DNA of 64,000 bases from contig NC_043017.1 in the NCBI RefSeq assembly GCF_006345805.1, positions 31,496,001 to 31,560,000 on the forward strand, read 5' to 3'. The notes beneath the pieces were generated by a model, which did no database searches, was not told the origin of the DNA, and saw only the letters and a list, made by a program, of their open reading frames with translations. The translations under genes and the position numbers were made by a program. Within the stretch, counting starts at the first letter, position 1. Each line of letters starts with the position of its first letter. Shown in pieces: positions 12,997-26,182 of the stretch. Origin of the DNA: Octopus sinensis (Eukaryota).

Positions 12997-13106
12997 GTGA
13001 TAGTTTGTTGCCAACTTAATGTGGCAGTCCCAGGAAAGGGACTAAATACCAGTAGCATCATTCCCTTTCCTGGGACTGCCACATTAAGTTGGCAACAAAC
13101 CATCAC
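12997..13106. repeat. 45-bp inverted repeat with 20-nt loop
   Basis: gtgatagtttgttgccaacttaatgtggcagtcccaggaaaggga and its reverse complement, 1 mismatch. Confidence 0.9.
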
Positions 13107-13110
13107 TCTT

Positions 13111-13163
<53 letters not shown>

Positions 13164-13332
13164 GTGTATATATATATATCATCATCATCATCATTTAACG
13201 TCCGCTTTCCATGCTAGCATGGGTTGGACGGTTCAACTGGGGTCTGGGAAGCCAGAAGGCTGCACCAGACCCAGTCTGATCTGGCAGTGTTTTTACAGCT
13301 GGATGCCCTCCCTAACGCCAACCACTCCGTGA

Positions 13333-13373
<41 letters not shown>

Positions 13374-13384
13374 CACACATACAT

Positions 13385-14870
13385 AATTATAAAAAGGTTT
13401 CCAGACTAGTAATGTTTAATAAAAAAAAAGGGGCTTATTTATATAAGTTTTATCATGGTCTCCTTCAAAATAGCCCCCTTGTGCAGCTATACACCAGTCC
13501 CAACATTCCTCCACATTTGGAATCTGGCCTGGATAAGTCATTTTCCATAAGCAATTCAAGGACCCTCTGCCAGCTGCTCTGCATCATGACAACTTTGAGG
13601 TACATTTTCATCTTGGGAAAGTGATGGAAGTCTATAGGTGCTAAATCTGGTGAATAGGGCAGGGGCAGAAGCAATACCATTTTGTTTTTGGTGAGATACT
13701 CATGAGTGAAGAGTGGTTGGTGACTGGGTATATTGTTTTTGTGAAGAATCCAGTTCTTCACATTCCACAGATCTGGTTGTTTTTGCCAAATGTCCTCCCT
13801 CAAACGCTTCAAAACGTCACAGAAGAACTCTCAATCGATGGCCTGGTTTCTGGGGGATGCATTCTCAATGCTCAATGCCACAGATGTCAAAAAAAAAAAA
13901 CACGATGTGCATGCCCTTGATTGAGCTGTGACTCTGTCATGCCTCCTGCAGTCATGGAGATGAAGGGCTCTTCCATTGCGATGACTGCTGCTTCATCTCA
14001 GGGTCTTACCCATAGACCGAACCCTCCACCCCAGTAATGATCCTCGACGGTGGCGAGCACGCAGAAACGTTAGCAAGCCGGGTGAAATGCTCTGCAGTAT
14101 TTCGTCTGCCGTTACGTTCTGAGTTCAAATTCCGCCGAGGTCGACTTTGCCTTTCATCATTTCGGGGTCGATTAAATAAGTACCAGTTACGCACTGCGGT
14201 CGATATAATCGACTTAATCCATTTGTCTGTCCTTGTTTGTCCTCTCTGTGTTTAGCCCCTTGTGTGTAGTAAAGAAATAGGTATTTCGTTCACAGTTCAA
14301 ATTGCGCTGACAGAATTCGATGTGGGTTTTCTTTCTCCTCAGCGGTCATCAGGCAGGGGACAAACATGCTGCATGTTCAATTCAGATGCTAGGATTGCCT
14401 GCATGGACCCATACGACAGACCAACACCGTTAGCAATATCATTGATTGTCTTCTGATAATCATTATGTACAAGCTGATAATTTTTCTCCCTGTTTCCAGG
14501 GATGATATTTGCAGCAGGCCTTCCAGATCACTTACCATCTTCCAGAGATGTTCTTCTGCTTTTGAAGCACCCATTCCACTCGAAATATTGTGTAAGACCC
14601 ATAAGCTTACCAAAGCATGATCTTGATTTCTCAGTCACAGACTTTCTGAGTTTAACACAAAATTTCATGTTGGCTCTTGACAAAATCGCGGTCTAATGCA
14701 TTCATGGGATTGCAAAAACACAAATTTTACAATTTACCAAGTAAACACAGCAATGTCACTTGGTGCACTGCCTCATAGAGGTCACTGCTAGCTCTCACTG
14801 TGCACAACCATGTGCTGCCATCTGTTGGTGCATTACAAAACTAGTCCAGGAATATTTTGATACCACCTAG
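13385..14870 (-). mobile_element. Decayed Tc1/mariner transposon interrupted by a SINE A (14047-14290)
   Basis: WILHKNNIPSH...PYSPDLAPIDFHHFPKMK; N-terminal RANMKFCVKLRKS near 14690-14640; TIR remnants (ccagactagt / actagtccagg). Confidence 0.85.
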
Positions 14871-15028
14871 TATGTGTGTGTATCGGCATATGTGTATGTA
14901 TGTATGTACGCATGCATGCACGTATGTATGTATATGTGTATGCATGTATGTATGTATGTATGTACGTATGTATGTATTATGTATGTATGTATGTATGTAT
15001 GTATGCATGCATGCATTCACGTATGTAC

Positions 15029-15059
<31 letters not shown>

Positions 15060-15130
15060 TGTATGTATGTGTGTATGTATGTATGTGTGTGTATGTATGT
15101 ATGTATGTATGTATATATGTATGTATGTAC
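14870..15130. repeat. (ATGT)n microsatellite
   Basis: Direct inspection. Confidence 0.95.
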
Positions 15131-15134
15131 GTAG

Positions 15135-15540
15135 GGTCTTCCTTTGATGCTGACATGCAATGTCTGTGCAAGACCCTGCCTCAGTAAAGCTGGACTCAAG
15201 AGTCATCTTCATCGTCATAAAACGAGACAGATGAGTGACAACCTGGCCACTGGTGGTGGTGTAACACATCATACTAATCATATCTGTCGGGCATGTGGAA
15301 GAGAGTGTAATTCGGCAGGAGGACTTAAACGACATGCAAAGGTACATGAAGCCCAGTTACAACTACAGCCGGCTATTACCAGTAAAGGTTTTAGCTGCCA
15401 ATTCTGTACAAGAAATTGTAGATCTTTAGCTGGGCTAAAAAGTCACATTCAATCACCGCACCAGTAACAGTTAAGCTTCGTGCAATGGCCATACTCGATA
15501 ACAAGGGGGCAGCCATAATGTATGTATGTATGTATGTTTG
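15135..15540 (+). mobile_element. RTE-type LINE 3' end encoding three C2H2 zinc fingers (ORF 15144-15467)
   Basis: CNVC..SKAGLKSHLHRH, CRAC..SAGGLKRHAKVH, CQFC..SLAGLKSHIQSPH; short 3'UTR followed by (ATGT)n. Confidence 0.7.
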
Positions 15541-15870
15541 TGCATATGTATGAATTTATGTATCTAGCCACGTGTGTGAATTTCTGGTTGTTTTATCATG
15601 GTTTTGATTCCCAAACTGGGAGATGCATTGTGTTCTTGAGCAAAACACTTCTCAGTGTCCCAGTCCACTCAGCTGGAAAAAGTGAGTAATTCTGTGATGG
15701 ATCAGCTTCCTATCCAGTGGGGCAATTTATATGCCACAGAATCCAGAAATCCAGTCTTATGAGCCCAGGGCTTAGCAAGAAACTTTGAACCTTTCGTTTT
15801 TACTATTATCACCATAATTGTTTATTGTTTGTGTGTGTTTGTATTTGTATGTGAGTGTGTATGTGTGTGC

Positions 15871-15903
<33 letters not shown>

Positions 15904-16019
15904 AATATTTGTATTTATATATGTATTATATGCTTGTGTGTACGTATTACGTGTTCATTTATAACTCTCTCTCTCTCTCTGTATATATATATACATATAT
16001 ATATATACATTATATATAT

Positions 16020-16063
<44 letters not shown>

Positions 16064-16124
16064 TTCTAGTTCAGCTCAGAGCTGCGGCCATGCTGATGCA
16101 CCGCCGTTATATATATATATATGA

Positions 16125-16158
<34 letters not shown>

Positions 16159-16171
16159 GTATATATGTGTG

Positions 16172-16219
<48 letters not shown>

Positions 16220-16239
16220 TATATATTATATATATATAT

Positions 16240-16285
<46 letters not shown>

Positions 16286-16654
16286 ATGTAAATATATATA
16301 CACACGTATCCATCTTTGCTTAACATCTTTTCCCTGCTAACATGGATTTGGGTTTGGAGTTTCTTTGAGGCAGGATTTTATGGCTGAATGCAATTCCTGT
16401 TGCCAAAATGTTATCTGTTTTCACATAAGGAATTTCTTATTCCAAAGTTCTTTGAAAGCACCGAGTGAGTGACCGGTCTGTAATTATCTCCAAAAGGAAT
16501 GCAGCATGGAATATCGACACAGATCAGTCAAGCAATGAGAATATAGGATATCAGTATTTATACACATCAACACAAAAACTACCCAAATACATGCATACCG
16601 GTACTAGGTTGACTCTGATGTCTTTGAGGATTTTCACTGATGATATTTGACAAA

Positions 16655-17050
16655 GCACAGTAGTGGCTGTGTGGTAAGTAGCTTGTTTACCATCCACATG
16701 GTTCCGGGTTCAGTCCCACTGCATGGCACCTTGGGCAAGTGTCTTCTACTATAGCCTCGGGTCGACCAAAGCCTTGTGAGTGGATTTGGTAGATGGAAAC
16801 TGAAAGAAGCCCGTCTTATATATGTATATATATGTGTGCGTGTATGTTTGTGTTTGTCCCCCTAGCATTGCTTGACAACCGATGCTGGTGTGTTTATATC
16901 CCCATCATTTAGCGGTTCAGCAAAAGAGACCAATAGAATAAGTACTGGGCTTACAAAGAATAAGTCCCGGGTTCGAGTTGTTCAATTAAAGGCAGTGCCC
17001 CAGCATGGCTGCAGTCAAAATCACTGAAACAAGTAAAAAGAGAAAGAGAA
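16655..17050 (+). mobile_element. SINE family B
   Basis: Full head-to-tail match. Confidence 0.85.
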
Positions 17051-17094
17051 AAGAGAACATGTATTTCCATATTCTGCCATTAATTTGATTCAAC

Positions 17095-17330
17095 TTGTCC
17101 AAACTTTGTTGAAGTGTTTATTCTTTATTTTCAAGCATAACACATAAACATTAACTGTTTACACTTTATTTTACAGCTTTGACAGTCAATGGTCAAAAAA
17201 TTACAATTAGAGCCATTTCGCTACCTGTAGAAAAAAAGGGATTGAATGCAAGGGCAGCAGCAAAAGAAATTAAAGATGTGGAAGGCCTCAAGATCTGTCA
17301 GTGAACGCGTGGCACAAAACTGGTTCAGAT
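17095..17330 (+). mobile_element. Mariner 5' fragment
   Basis: AAAKEIKDVEG...SVSERVAQNWFR resembles the mariner HTH region. Confidence 0.6.
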
Positions 17331-17559
17331 ATTTGCATGACTATACACACATACATATACACATGCTAGAGGCAAAATTATGGAAGTTCTACATATTTTT
17401 ACACTTTTCATTAATGGCTATGTGTATATATGTAACTGCAATGTGTTGAAGTTGTGACAAAGGGAAAGTGTACGACAAAACTTTTGGCATTTTTGCTTAT
17501 TTATTTGGTCTGTTTTTTTTATCATTTGTCACAGCTTAATTTTAATGCACACATATCCG

Positions 17560-17940
17560 TGCTAGTAGGGTATTAAGAGCACCATCCAAGTGTGATCATT
17601 GCCAGAGCGGCTATCTGACATCCGTGCTGGTGGCACGCAAAAGACACCATTCAAGCGTGATCATTACCAGCATCGCCTTACTGGCACCTATGCCAGTGGC
17701 ATGTGTAAAGGATTCGAGCAAGGTCGTTGCCAGTACCACCTGACTGGCCCTGTGCCGGTGGCACATAAAAGCACCCACTACACTCTCAGCGTGGTTGGCA
17801 TTAGGAAGGGCATCCAGTTGTAGAAACTCTGCCAGATCAAGATTGAGGCCTGGTGCAGCCATCTGGTTCGCCAGCCCTTAGTCAATCGTCCAATCCATGC
17901 TAGCATGGAAAGTGGACGTTAAACGATGATGATGATGATG
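17560..17940 (+). mobile_element. Non-autonomous retroelement with ggtggcacgtaaaagcacc subrepeats and (GAT)n tail; related copies near 12030, 13180(-), 20330(-), 21530, 25072(-), 33060, 37130
   Basis: Shared block ggttggcattaggaagggcatccag and tail ccatgctagcatggaaagcggacgttaaacgatgatg. Confidence 0.75.
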
Positions 17941-18139
17941 ACAAACATGAAATATCTTAAAATGTTTGCCAGGGAAGCAATCGAAAGCAACTCAGTAAAT
18001 ATTGACCTGTAAATGATGCTGTCTACTTATAGCCATAATAGCATCTTCCACCACCACCGCCACCAGATTTGGGACACAGCCGTTTTCTGTGTGGCAAAAA
18101 GGAGTTGACGTCTGGAAGGGCATCTCGCTGTATATAACA

Positions 18140-18550
18140 TCATCAATCATCATCTTCATTACAACCACTGCTAATGCTGCTGTCAGCACCAACACCCTCC
18201 TTCTCCTTATCATCATCACCACCATCATCATCGTCATTAACATCATCATCATCACCACAACTATCATCATCATCATCATCATCATTCTTCTCCACCTCCA
18301 CCGCATCATCCTTCTTGTCCTCCTCCTGCTCATCATCATCATCATTACCACCACCATCACTATCATCCTCATCACCACCAGCACCACCACTACCATCACC
18401 ATCATCATCACCATCATTATTGCCATCATAATTGTCACTATCATAATCATCATCATCATTGCCATCATCATCATCATCATCACCTTCATCATCATCATCA
18501 TCGCCATCATCATCATCATCGTCATCATCATCATCGTCATCATCATCATC
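18140..18550. repeat. Degenerate (CAT/CAC)n microsatellite
   Basis: Direct inspection. Confidence 0.9.
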
Positions 18551-18772
18551 AGTAGCAACAGCCCCTGGTCACTTCTGCCTCAAGTCCTACGACCCACATA
18601 GCTGTTCATCAGCATACAACTGGCCAGGGTCACAACGGTCTCCTCAGACAAGATGCCAGTATGTCACAGGGTCATCCATTTACAGGTGAGTAGACTGAAG
18701 CAATATGAAAGCAGAATGGTTTTGCTCAAAAACACAGCACACCACCAGGCCTGGGAATTGAAACAGAGACAC

Positions 18773-18865
<93 letters not shown>

Positions 18866-18900
18866 GATAAAGAGTGATAGATAGTTACAGAGGGAGAGTA

Positions 18901-18946
<46 letters not shown>

Positions 18947-18947
<1 letters not shown>

Positions 18948-19702
18948 TGTTTCTTTATTAGCCACACAGGGCTGCACACAGATAGAACAAATTACAAGGT
19001 AGAGCTTTTCTTTTGAGGTATTAAGAAAAAAAAAAAAAAAAAAAAGGAAAGGGGGGGGGTTCGATCAAAAGGGATCGTAAAAGAGAGAAAGAGGACAAAA
19101 ATAAGGGGGGTTAAAAAAAAAAAAAAAAAAAAAAGGGGGGGAGAGGAAAAAAAATGATCAATAGGGATCGTTATCACAGAAATGTCAATATGAAGTGTAA
19201 AGGGGAGGACAGGTGAGGTTTACCCGGGGAAAGAAAAGCCTGCGGAAAAGACCACGGTAACCTCGGTCAATGAAGTCACATTTTATATTTCTTTTTTTTT
19301 TTTTTTTTTTTGCAAATAAGCAACTCTCTGTTTTCGATTTCTGGGTTCATAGGACTATGCTCAAGGTGGCTTCGTCATTCATACGTGCCATTCTTGCTAC
19401 ATTCACCATCTTTTTTTAAAACACATTCGCTAGACAAAACTTGCCTCTCTACTCTCACTTTCCTTTTCAAGTGGTACTTGAAGAAGTTGATGAGAGATTG
19501 ATCAGAGAGGAAAGTGTTTGTCTCCAATCCTTTCAGACGCGTCCACCAGATACATTCTTTCGCCATAGCCACAAGGATGATGAAAATAGCTCTTCCTTCC
19601 CGTTTGAAGGAAGGAGGCGTGACAATATTGACGATAGACTCAGCGGATAAACCGACTCGTCCCACACGTGACAGCAGTTGTTCGACATAAGCCCACAGGT
19701 CG
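18947..19702 (-). mobile_element. L1/Tx1-like LINE 3' end adjoining (GATA)n, cut by the assembly gap
   Basis: DLWAYVEQLL...ILVAMAKECIWWTR...FFKYHLKRKVRVER; T-rich 3'UTR with AATAAA running into (TATC)n (plus-strand GATA tract 18773-18945). Confidence 0.7.
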
Positions 19703-19802
19703 NNNNNNNNNNNNNNNNNNNNNNNNNNNNNNNNNNNNNNNNNNNNNNNNNNNNNNNNNNNNNNNNNNNNNNNNNNNNNNNNNNNNNNNNNNNNNNNNNN
19801 NN
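19703..19802. other. Assembly gap (100 N)
   Basis: N run. Confidence 1.
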
Positions 19803-20524
19803 TACTAGGATACATCAATATATTTATACATAAATACAGATAAAAACCAAGAGAAATTATGTGGCTGCACGTACCTTTCTTTTGTTTTCATTTACTTTAA
19901 AGTTTTATCTTCTCTCTTTATCACTATTTTTTATTATTATTATTATTATCATCTATATGTACCTCACCTTCCCTCTGTCTCTCTACCTCTCAACCACCTT
20001 ACCTATCCTTGTATGTCATCGATATAGCGAAACAGATGGGCTGCTATCTCTTTGTAAAATAACTCTTAGCTTTGTCAGATTTCCAGAGTCGACTTGAAAG
20101 AAACCTTCAAGTTTTCATTGTGACTCAAGTAACAGAAATTGAGACATAAGATACAAATTAATATAAACTCCATCCAAGGCTATAATGTGTCAGCTGAGGT
20201 AACCTTTTGCCCGTCCAAAACATTTTCATAAATTTGTCCTGAACATTTATGCTTGTTTTTAGACCTTTAGGTTTTAGCCCTTGTCTTATATATTCTGAGT
20301 AATATAAAGCTCTTCAGCATCAGCATAGTCATTTAACGTCTGCATTCCATGCTGGCATGGGTTAGATGGATTGACTGAGGACTGGTGAGCCAGAAAGCTG
20401 CACCAGGCTCCAATCTGATCTGGCAAGTTTTCTACAGCTGGATGCCCTTCCTAATGCCAACCACTCCGAGAGTGTAGTGGGTGCTTTTTTACATGCCACC
20501 AGCACGAGGGCCAGTCATTTGCTA

Positions 20525-20694
20525 TGAAACCACCTCAATATTTGAAAGAGGGTATTTTCAAGTTAAAGGAAAGATGGAGATGTATTGTGCAACAAAATGT
20601 TTCATATTTGGTTGATTAAAAATGTAATGGCAAGTATTTATTGACCTTTTTCTTTCCTTTAAAAATTGGCACGCACTTTCTGGACAACCCAATA
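20525..20694 (+). mobile_element. Mariner 3' end with TIR
   Basis: GIFKLKERWRCIVQQNVSYLVD* then gcactttctggacaacccaata. Confidence 0.75.
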
Positions 20695-21225
20695 GAGTAA
20701 CAGAACACAAGATTCAATGTCCATATTGTTTGAATTCTAACAAAAGGGAAAGCATTTACTTCAAGAAATGTGTAGAAGCATCAAAACTATAAGAAGTAAT
20801 TTGAATGGCTAGCCAGCCTTCGGCGCCATAATTCTGTTAGACCTTCAACAGCTGGAGAAAGTTCAGAAGGTCAACTTATTCTCATTAATCTGTAAGCGCT
20901 GAGAGAAGAAAATAAAAGACTTTAAATATTTATCTTAAAATGCTGAAATTTCTGCCACCAAAAATTATTCAAGATGGTGACCCAACATCACTGCAGTCTA
21001 ATAACTGCAACAAACTAAAAGGGGGAAAAAATTCTGGAGTTGATATACGTTCAATTAAAAATACTTCAAGGTGGTGCCCCAGCGTGGCCTCAGTCTAATG
21101 ACTGAAACAAAGAAAAGGTGAAAAAGACAAAAAATAATAAAAAAATATAACTATGGGTCTTTTGTCCAAGGGGATTCTGTCTTACACTCATATACATATA
21201 TACATACATATATATATATACATAC

Positions 21226-21257
<32 letters not shown>

Positions 21258-21258
<1 letters not shown>

Positions 21259-21465
21259 GTGAGAATTTAGAAAAAAAAAACAAAAGACAAAGACAGTTGT
21301 GTAAACAACAAACAGATGTATTAGTTTAACTCCTGGGAAGCGAGAAGGTCTTTTATATTTCGAGCCTACGCTCTTCAACAGAAAGGAACACAGAAATATA
21401 CAGGGAGAGAAAATAAAATGGGATAGAAAATAAAAAAGGTTTAGTGGCTAGTGATCTATCATGGT
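21258..21465 (-). mobile_element. Solo pLTR-like unit next to (TA)n; hammerhead variant at 21350-21385
   Basis: cuuu CUGUUGAA GAGC guag GCUC GAAA ua UA aaag; paralogue of 8879-9072. Confidence 0.65.
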
Positions 21466-21769
21466 GAGAGAGAAAAAGACAGATAAATACATACATACAT
21501 ACATACATACATACATACATACCTACATACTGGTGGCACGTGAAAAAACATTCGAGCGAGGTCATTGCCAGTACTGCCTGACTGGCCCCCGTGCCAGTGG
21601 CACGTAAAAGCACCCACTACGCACTTCGAGTGGTTGGCATTAGGAAGGGCATCCAGCTGTAGAGACTCGCCCAGATCAAGATTGGAGCCTGGTACAGCTA
21701 TCTGGTTCACCAGACCTCAGTCAAAATCGTCCAACCCATGCTAGCATGGAAAGCGAATGTTAAACGATG

Positions 21770-21801
<32 letters not shown>

Positions 21802-22659
21802 GACGATGAGGATGATGATGATGATGATGATGATGTTGATGATGATGATGAGGATGATGTTGATGATGATGATGACGATGATGATGTTGATGATGATGAT
21901 GGTTACGATGGCAACAGCGACAATGACATCGACAACTTCGTGTGCACTTTTCTATGTCCATATAAAATTAAGCCACCTGTCTGAGACCAGAAACGTTTCC
22001 AGTATCTTGCAAATATGCTTTGTACGGCCTTTCGCAGTTTCTTTAACAAAATCCTCAGGATTCGATTATGTCTTCACCTTCCCGCTTTCCTCCCCGACCA
22101 CGACCACCACCACCACCAATCCGATGACTGATAATAATAATATTGCGGAAAACTACTTATGGTCAGGTTAACGCCCCCACCAATAATTAGTAGCGCTGTG
22201 AACAATACATCTTGGATTATGAATAAATAAGTTTAGAGAGTGATACGTAGCCGTGTTTAGTCTAGCTGTGAAGTGATTGGCAGGAAATGACCTGCTAAAA
22301 ATGCCAGACATCACAATAGAGAATTAATAGAATATATTCTGCTATATTCATTGATTATGCATACAGCCATTCTATGAGATGTTGGCCTTTAATCCACATA
22401 AATCTCTATTATTTTAATATTGAAAGTAAAGTATTATTGAAAAATAATGTTAATAGTTATTATAGCAAACGAAAGAAAAAGAAAAAAAAAACAACGAAGC
22501 AAAAACAAAAAAAAAATGAATAGCAATGTATTGTATAAGTACAGAAGTGGAGGGTGGGGTGGGGTGGGGGATATAGAATGAAAAAAAACAAAACAAAAAA
22601 ATGGAAACAATTATAATTGATGGTTTTAGTGTTGTAGTGATTGTTTTTTTTTTATCAGA

Positions 22660-22748
22660 TCATCATCGTTATCGTCATCGCTATCGTTATTACCGTCATC
22701 ATCATCATCCTCATCATCATCATCATTTTCATTGTCGTCGTCAGCACC

Positions 22749-22782
<34 letters not shown>

Positions 22783-23054
22783 TCACTATCATTATTGTTA
22801 TAATCATCATCATCAATGTCGTCATCGTCATCATCATCATTATCATCAGTTTCATTATTATTCTTATTGTTCTTCTTCTGATTATTATTATTATTATTAT
22901 TATTATTATTGTTATTATTATTATTATCATTATATTAGGTTATTATTATTATTATTATTATTATTATTGTTATTATTATTATTATTATTATTATTGTTAT
23001 TATTATTATCATTATTATTACTATTATTATTATTATTGTTATTATTACAATTAC

Positions 23055-23091
<37 letters not shown>

Positions 23092-23120
23092 GTTATTATT
23101 ATCATTACTATTATCATTAC

Positions 23121-23157
<37 letters not shown>

Positions 23158-23225
23158 GTTGTTATTATTATTATTATTATTATTGTTATTATTATTATTA
23201 TTATTATTGTTATTATTACAATTAC

Positions 23226-23265
<40 letters not shown>

Positions 23266-23287
23266 GTTGTTATTATTATTATTATTA

Positions 23288-23327
<40 letters not shown>

Positions 23328-23350
23328 TATTATTATTATTATTACTATTA
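22660..23350. repeat. (CAT)n then long (TAT/TGT)n microsatellite
   Basis: Direct inspection. Confidence 0.95.
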
Positions 23351-23658
23351 TCGTTATTCGTTGCTATCATAGTTTCAGGGTAACTACATATTTTAGCACT
23401 TATAATGCAAATAGGCTTCAATAATTTTCTGTTATAAGCTAAAATATTATGTACATTATCACAGTATAATGTCCTCCTCATACTTAACTTATATCTCCAC
23501 CGCTTGCCCCTCCCCTCACACACACATACTCTACAATGTCTCTGCATCATTATTATTATTATTCACATAATTTCGATATAAAAATTTCTGAAACTCAGAC
23601 CAGTACTTTAAAAAAATGTAAATATGCAATAAAATGATGATGATGATGCATGTGTGTT

Positions 23659-23689
<31 letters not shown>

Positions 23690-23780
23690 TTGTGTGTTTG
23701 TGTGTGTGTGTGCGTGTGTGTATAAAGTTTGTGTGTGTATTTATATCTATTTATCTGTCAGTCAATCTATTTGTTTCACT

Positions 23781-23819
<39 letters not shown>

Positions 23820-24011
23820 ACAAGTATGTATATATATATGTATTTATATACATATATATATATATATGTATGAAGAGAGAGAGAGAGAGAGAGAGAGACA
23901 GATAGACACAGATAGATAGATAGATAGATAGATAGACAGATAAATAGATAGATAGAAAGACAGATAGATAAACAGATAGATATAGATACATAGATAGATA
24001 CATAGCTACAT

Positions 24012-24054
<43 letters not shown>

Positions 24055-24478
24055 ATGTGTGTGTATATACATATATATATACATACATATATATTTATAC
24101 ATTTGTTTGAAGCAACAATTGTGCATGCATACATACATATATATGAGAAAGAGAGGGAGAGAGAGAGAGAGAGAGAGAGGGGAGAGAGTGAGAGAGATAT
24201 ACACTTAAGTGGACAAATTCTAAGATAAAAACGCTCACCATATTTAATAGAATTTCAATATTTGTAACAACAGTTTGAGACTTAAATCTTTAAAACTCAA
24301 AATTCCATAAAGTTAAAAGCATACCTGATTCTTCAGGTTCTATTGATCTGAGGGGTGGGGCAGTCAGAGATTTTGAAGAAGCTTGTAGCAATCGGGAGAA
24401 GGTACTCTGTGATGCTCATTAAATTTCATGTCTAAGAATCTAGTTCTGTAAGTTTGGTGCATTAAGGCATATGGTAGA

Positions 24479-24862
24479 CTAGCAGTATCGCCCGGCGTTG
24501 CTCAGGTTTGTAAGGGAAATAACTATAAAGCATTTTTAGAGAGTTATAGCCAAAAAACAGCAAACAAATGGAAAAAAAATGATGGTAAATTTTTTTGAGA
24601 GTAAAAAAAGGTTGAGTTGCGTCCCCTAGACAGTCTGTGGTTTGTTTTTTTTTGATTCTCGACCCATGTCGAATTTATCGATTTTTTTCAGAACTGGGGG
24701 AACTTTTCAAAATTTTCGCTGCGTTAGTTTTGAATTATGACATTGGGCTATTGTGTGTCAAGTTTCATCAGAATCGGTTGAAAGCCGTGGTCAGGGTGAG
24801 GGTACGAGAAAACAGACACACAGAAACACGCACAGACAAACTGCCGTTTATATAGAGAGAGA
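24479..24862 (-). mobile_element. Non-autonomous Helitron
   Basis: Minus strand A|TCtctctctatataaac...gcaacgccgggcgatactgCTAG|T; 3' part shared with 27399-27796. Confidence 0.8.
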
Positions 24863-26133
24863 TATCCTGAAGAATCGTTGAATTCTATTAAATGATAATG
24901 CTAACTTCTTTGATATCCAAAGCCTTGTTCTTTGAAAGATTACATAATATTCTGTTCTGTTGAATGGTAGTGAGCTGGTGGAATTGTAAGCATGCCAGGC
25001 GAAATGCTTAGCAGAACTTTTCTTGTATATTTTCTGATTTCAAATTCTGCCAAGGTTCACTTTGCCTTTCATCACCATCGCTTAACGTCCGTTTTCCATG
25101 CTAGCATGGGTTGGACAGTTCGACCGGGGTCTGGGGAAGCCAGGAGGCTGCACCAGGCTCCAATCTTGATCTGGCAGTGTTTCTTCTACAGCTGGATCCC
25201 CTCCCTAACGCCAACCACTCCGTGAGTGTAGTGGGTGCTATTTAGGTGCCACCGGCACAGGTGCCAGGGGAGGCTGGCAACAGCCACGATTGGCTGATGC
25301 TTTTTACGTGCCATCGGCACAGAAGCCAGGGGAGTCTGCTAATAGACTTGTCCCTTCCCTGAAATTGTCATCCATGTGCCAAAATTTAGAACTGCTACAA
25401 TTACTTCTGGTAAGATGGTGAGATGGCAGTACCATTAGCATACTGTTCTGAGTTCAAATTCTGCTAAGGTTATCTTCGCCTTTCATCCTTTTGAGATGAA
25501 AGGCAAAGTACCAGTTGAGCACAGGAGTCATTCTAACAGACTTACCCCCGCTCAGAAATTGCTGGCCTGGTGCCAAAATTTGAAATTTATATTCTATTCT
25601 GTTGAGAGTATCGAGTAGATATCTTGAGGGTATTTTATGTAATTAGAGAGTGTTCTGATCATTGGTCTATGAGTTTCCATAAAAATTGGAAGGTATTTGG
25701 AGTGCATGAAGTAAATATATTGTTAGTTCAAGAAGCAGTTGATAAATTAAGTGGGGGTAGTCAGGGTATGTGACAGAAGGAGTAATTTTAGACACGACAT
25801 AGGCCATACGACAGTAAGGGTAGGCTCTGCATATGCACCCCATATGAGAATTTACTGACGACTAAAGAGGAATCATATTGACCACAGTACCATGGGTAGG
25901 GTTTTTCTGGTGGACATTGATACATAGCTGCTATGGGTATGGTGTGCATGTGTGTGTGTATATATATATATATACAACTTATAAACAAGGGCAAAAGAAA
26001 ATTTGCCCTTGTTTATAAGCTGTTTATAATTTTAGCCTTTTAAGGTATTTTAATATGCTGCCACTGTTTTTGATGAAATTTTTTCTGTAAAAAATTCATC
26101 CTATATTAGTAGTACATACACACACACACACAC

Positions 26134-26177
<44 letters not shown>

Positions 26178-26182
<5 letters not shown>

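Noticed and set aside
18060-18130. Possible minus-strand exon (EMPFQTSTPFCH)
   Set aside because: Matches the degenerate repeat block ggaagggcatc; no good donor site
22601-23550. Long ORFs (poly-L/Y/N/H), and similar ones at 11731, 17992, 50337 and in TA tracts
   Set aside because: Translations of stop-free microsatellites
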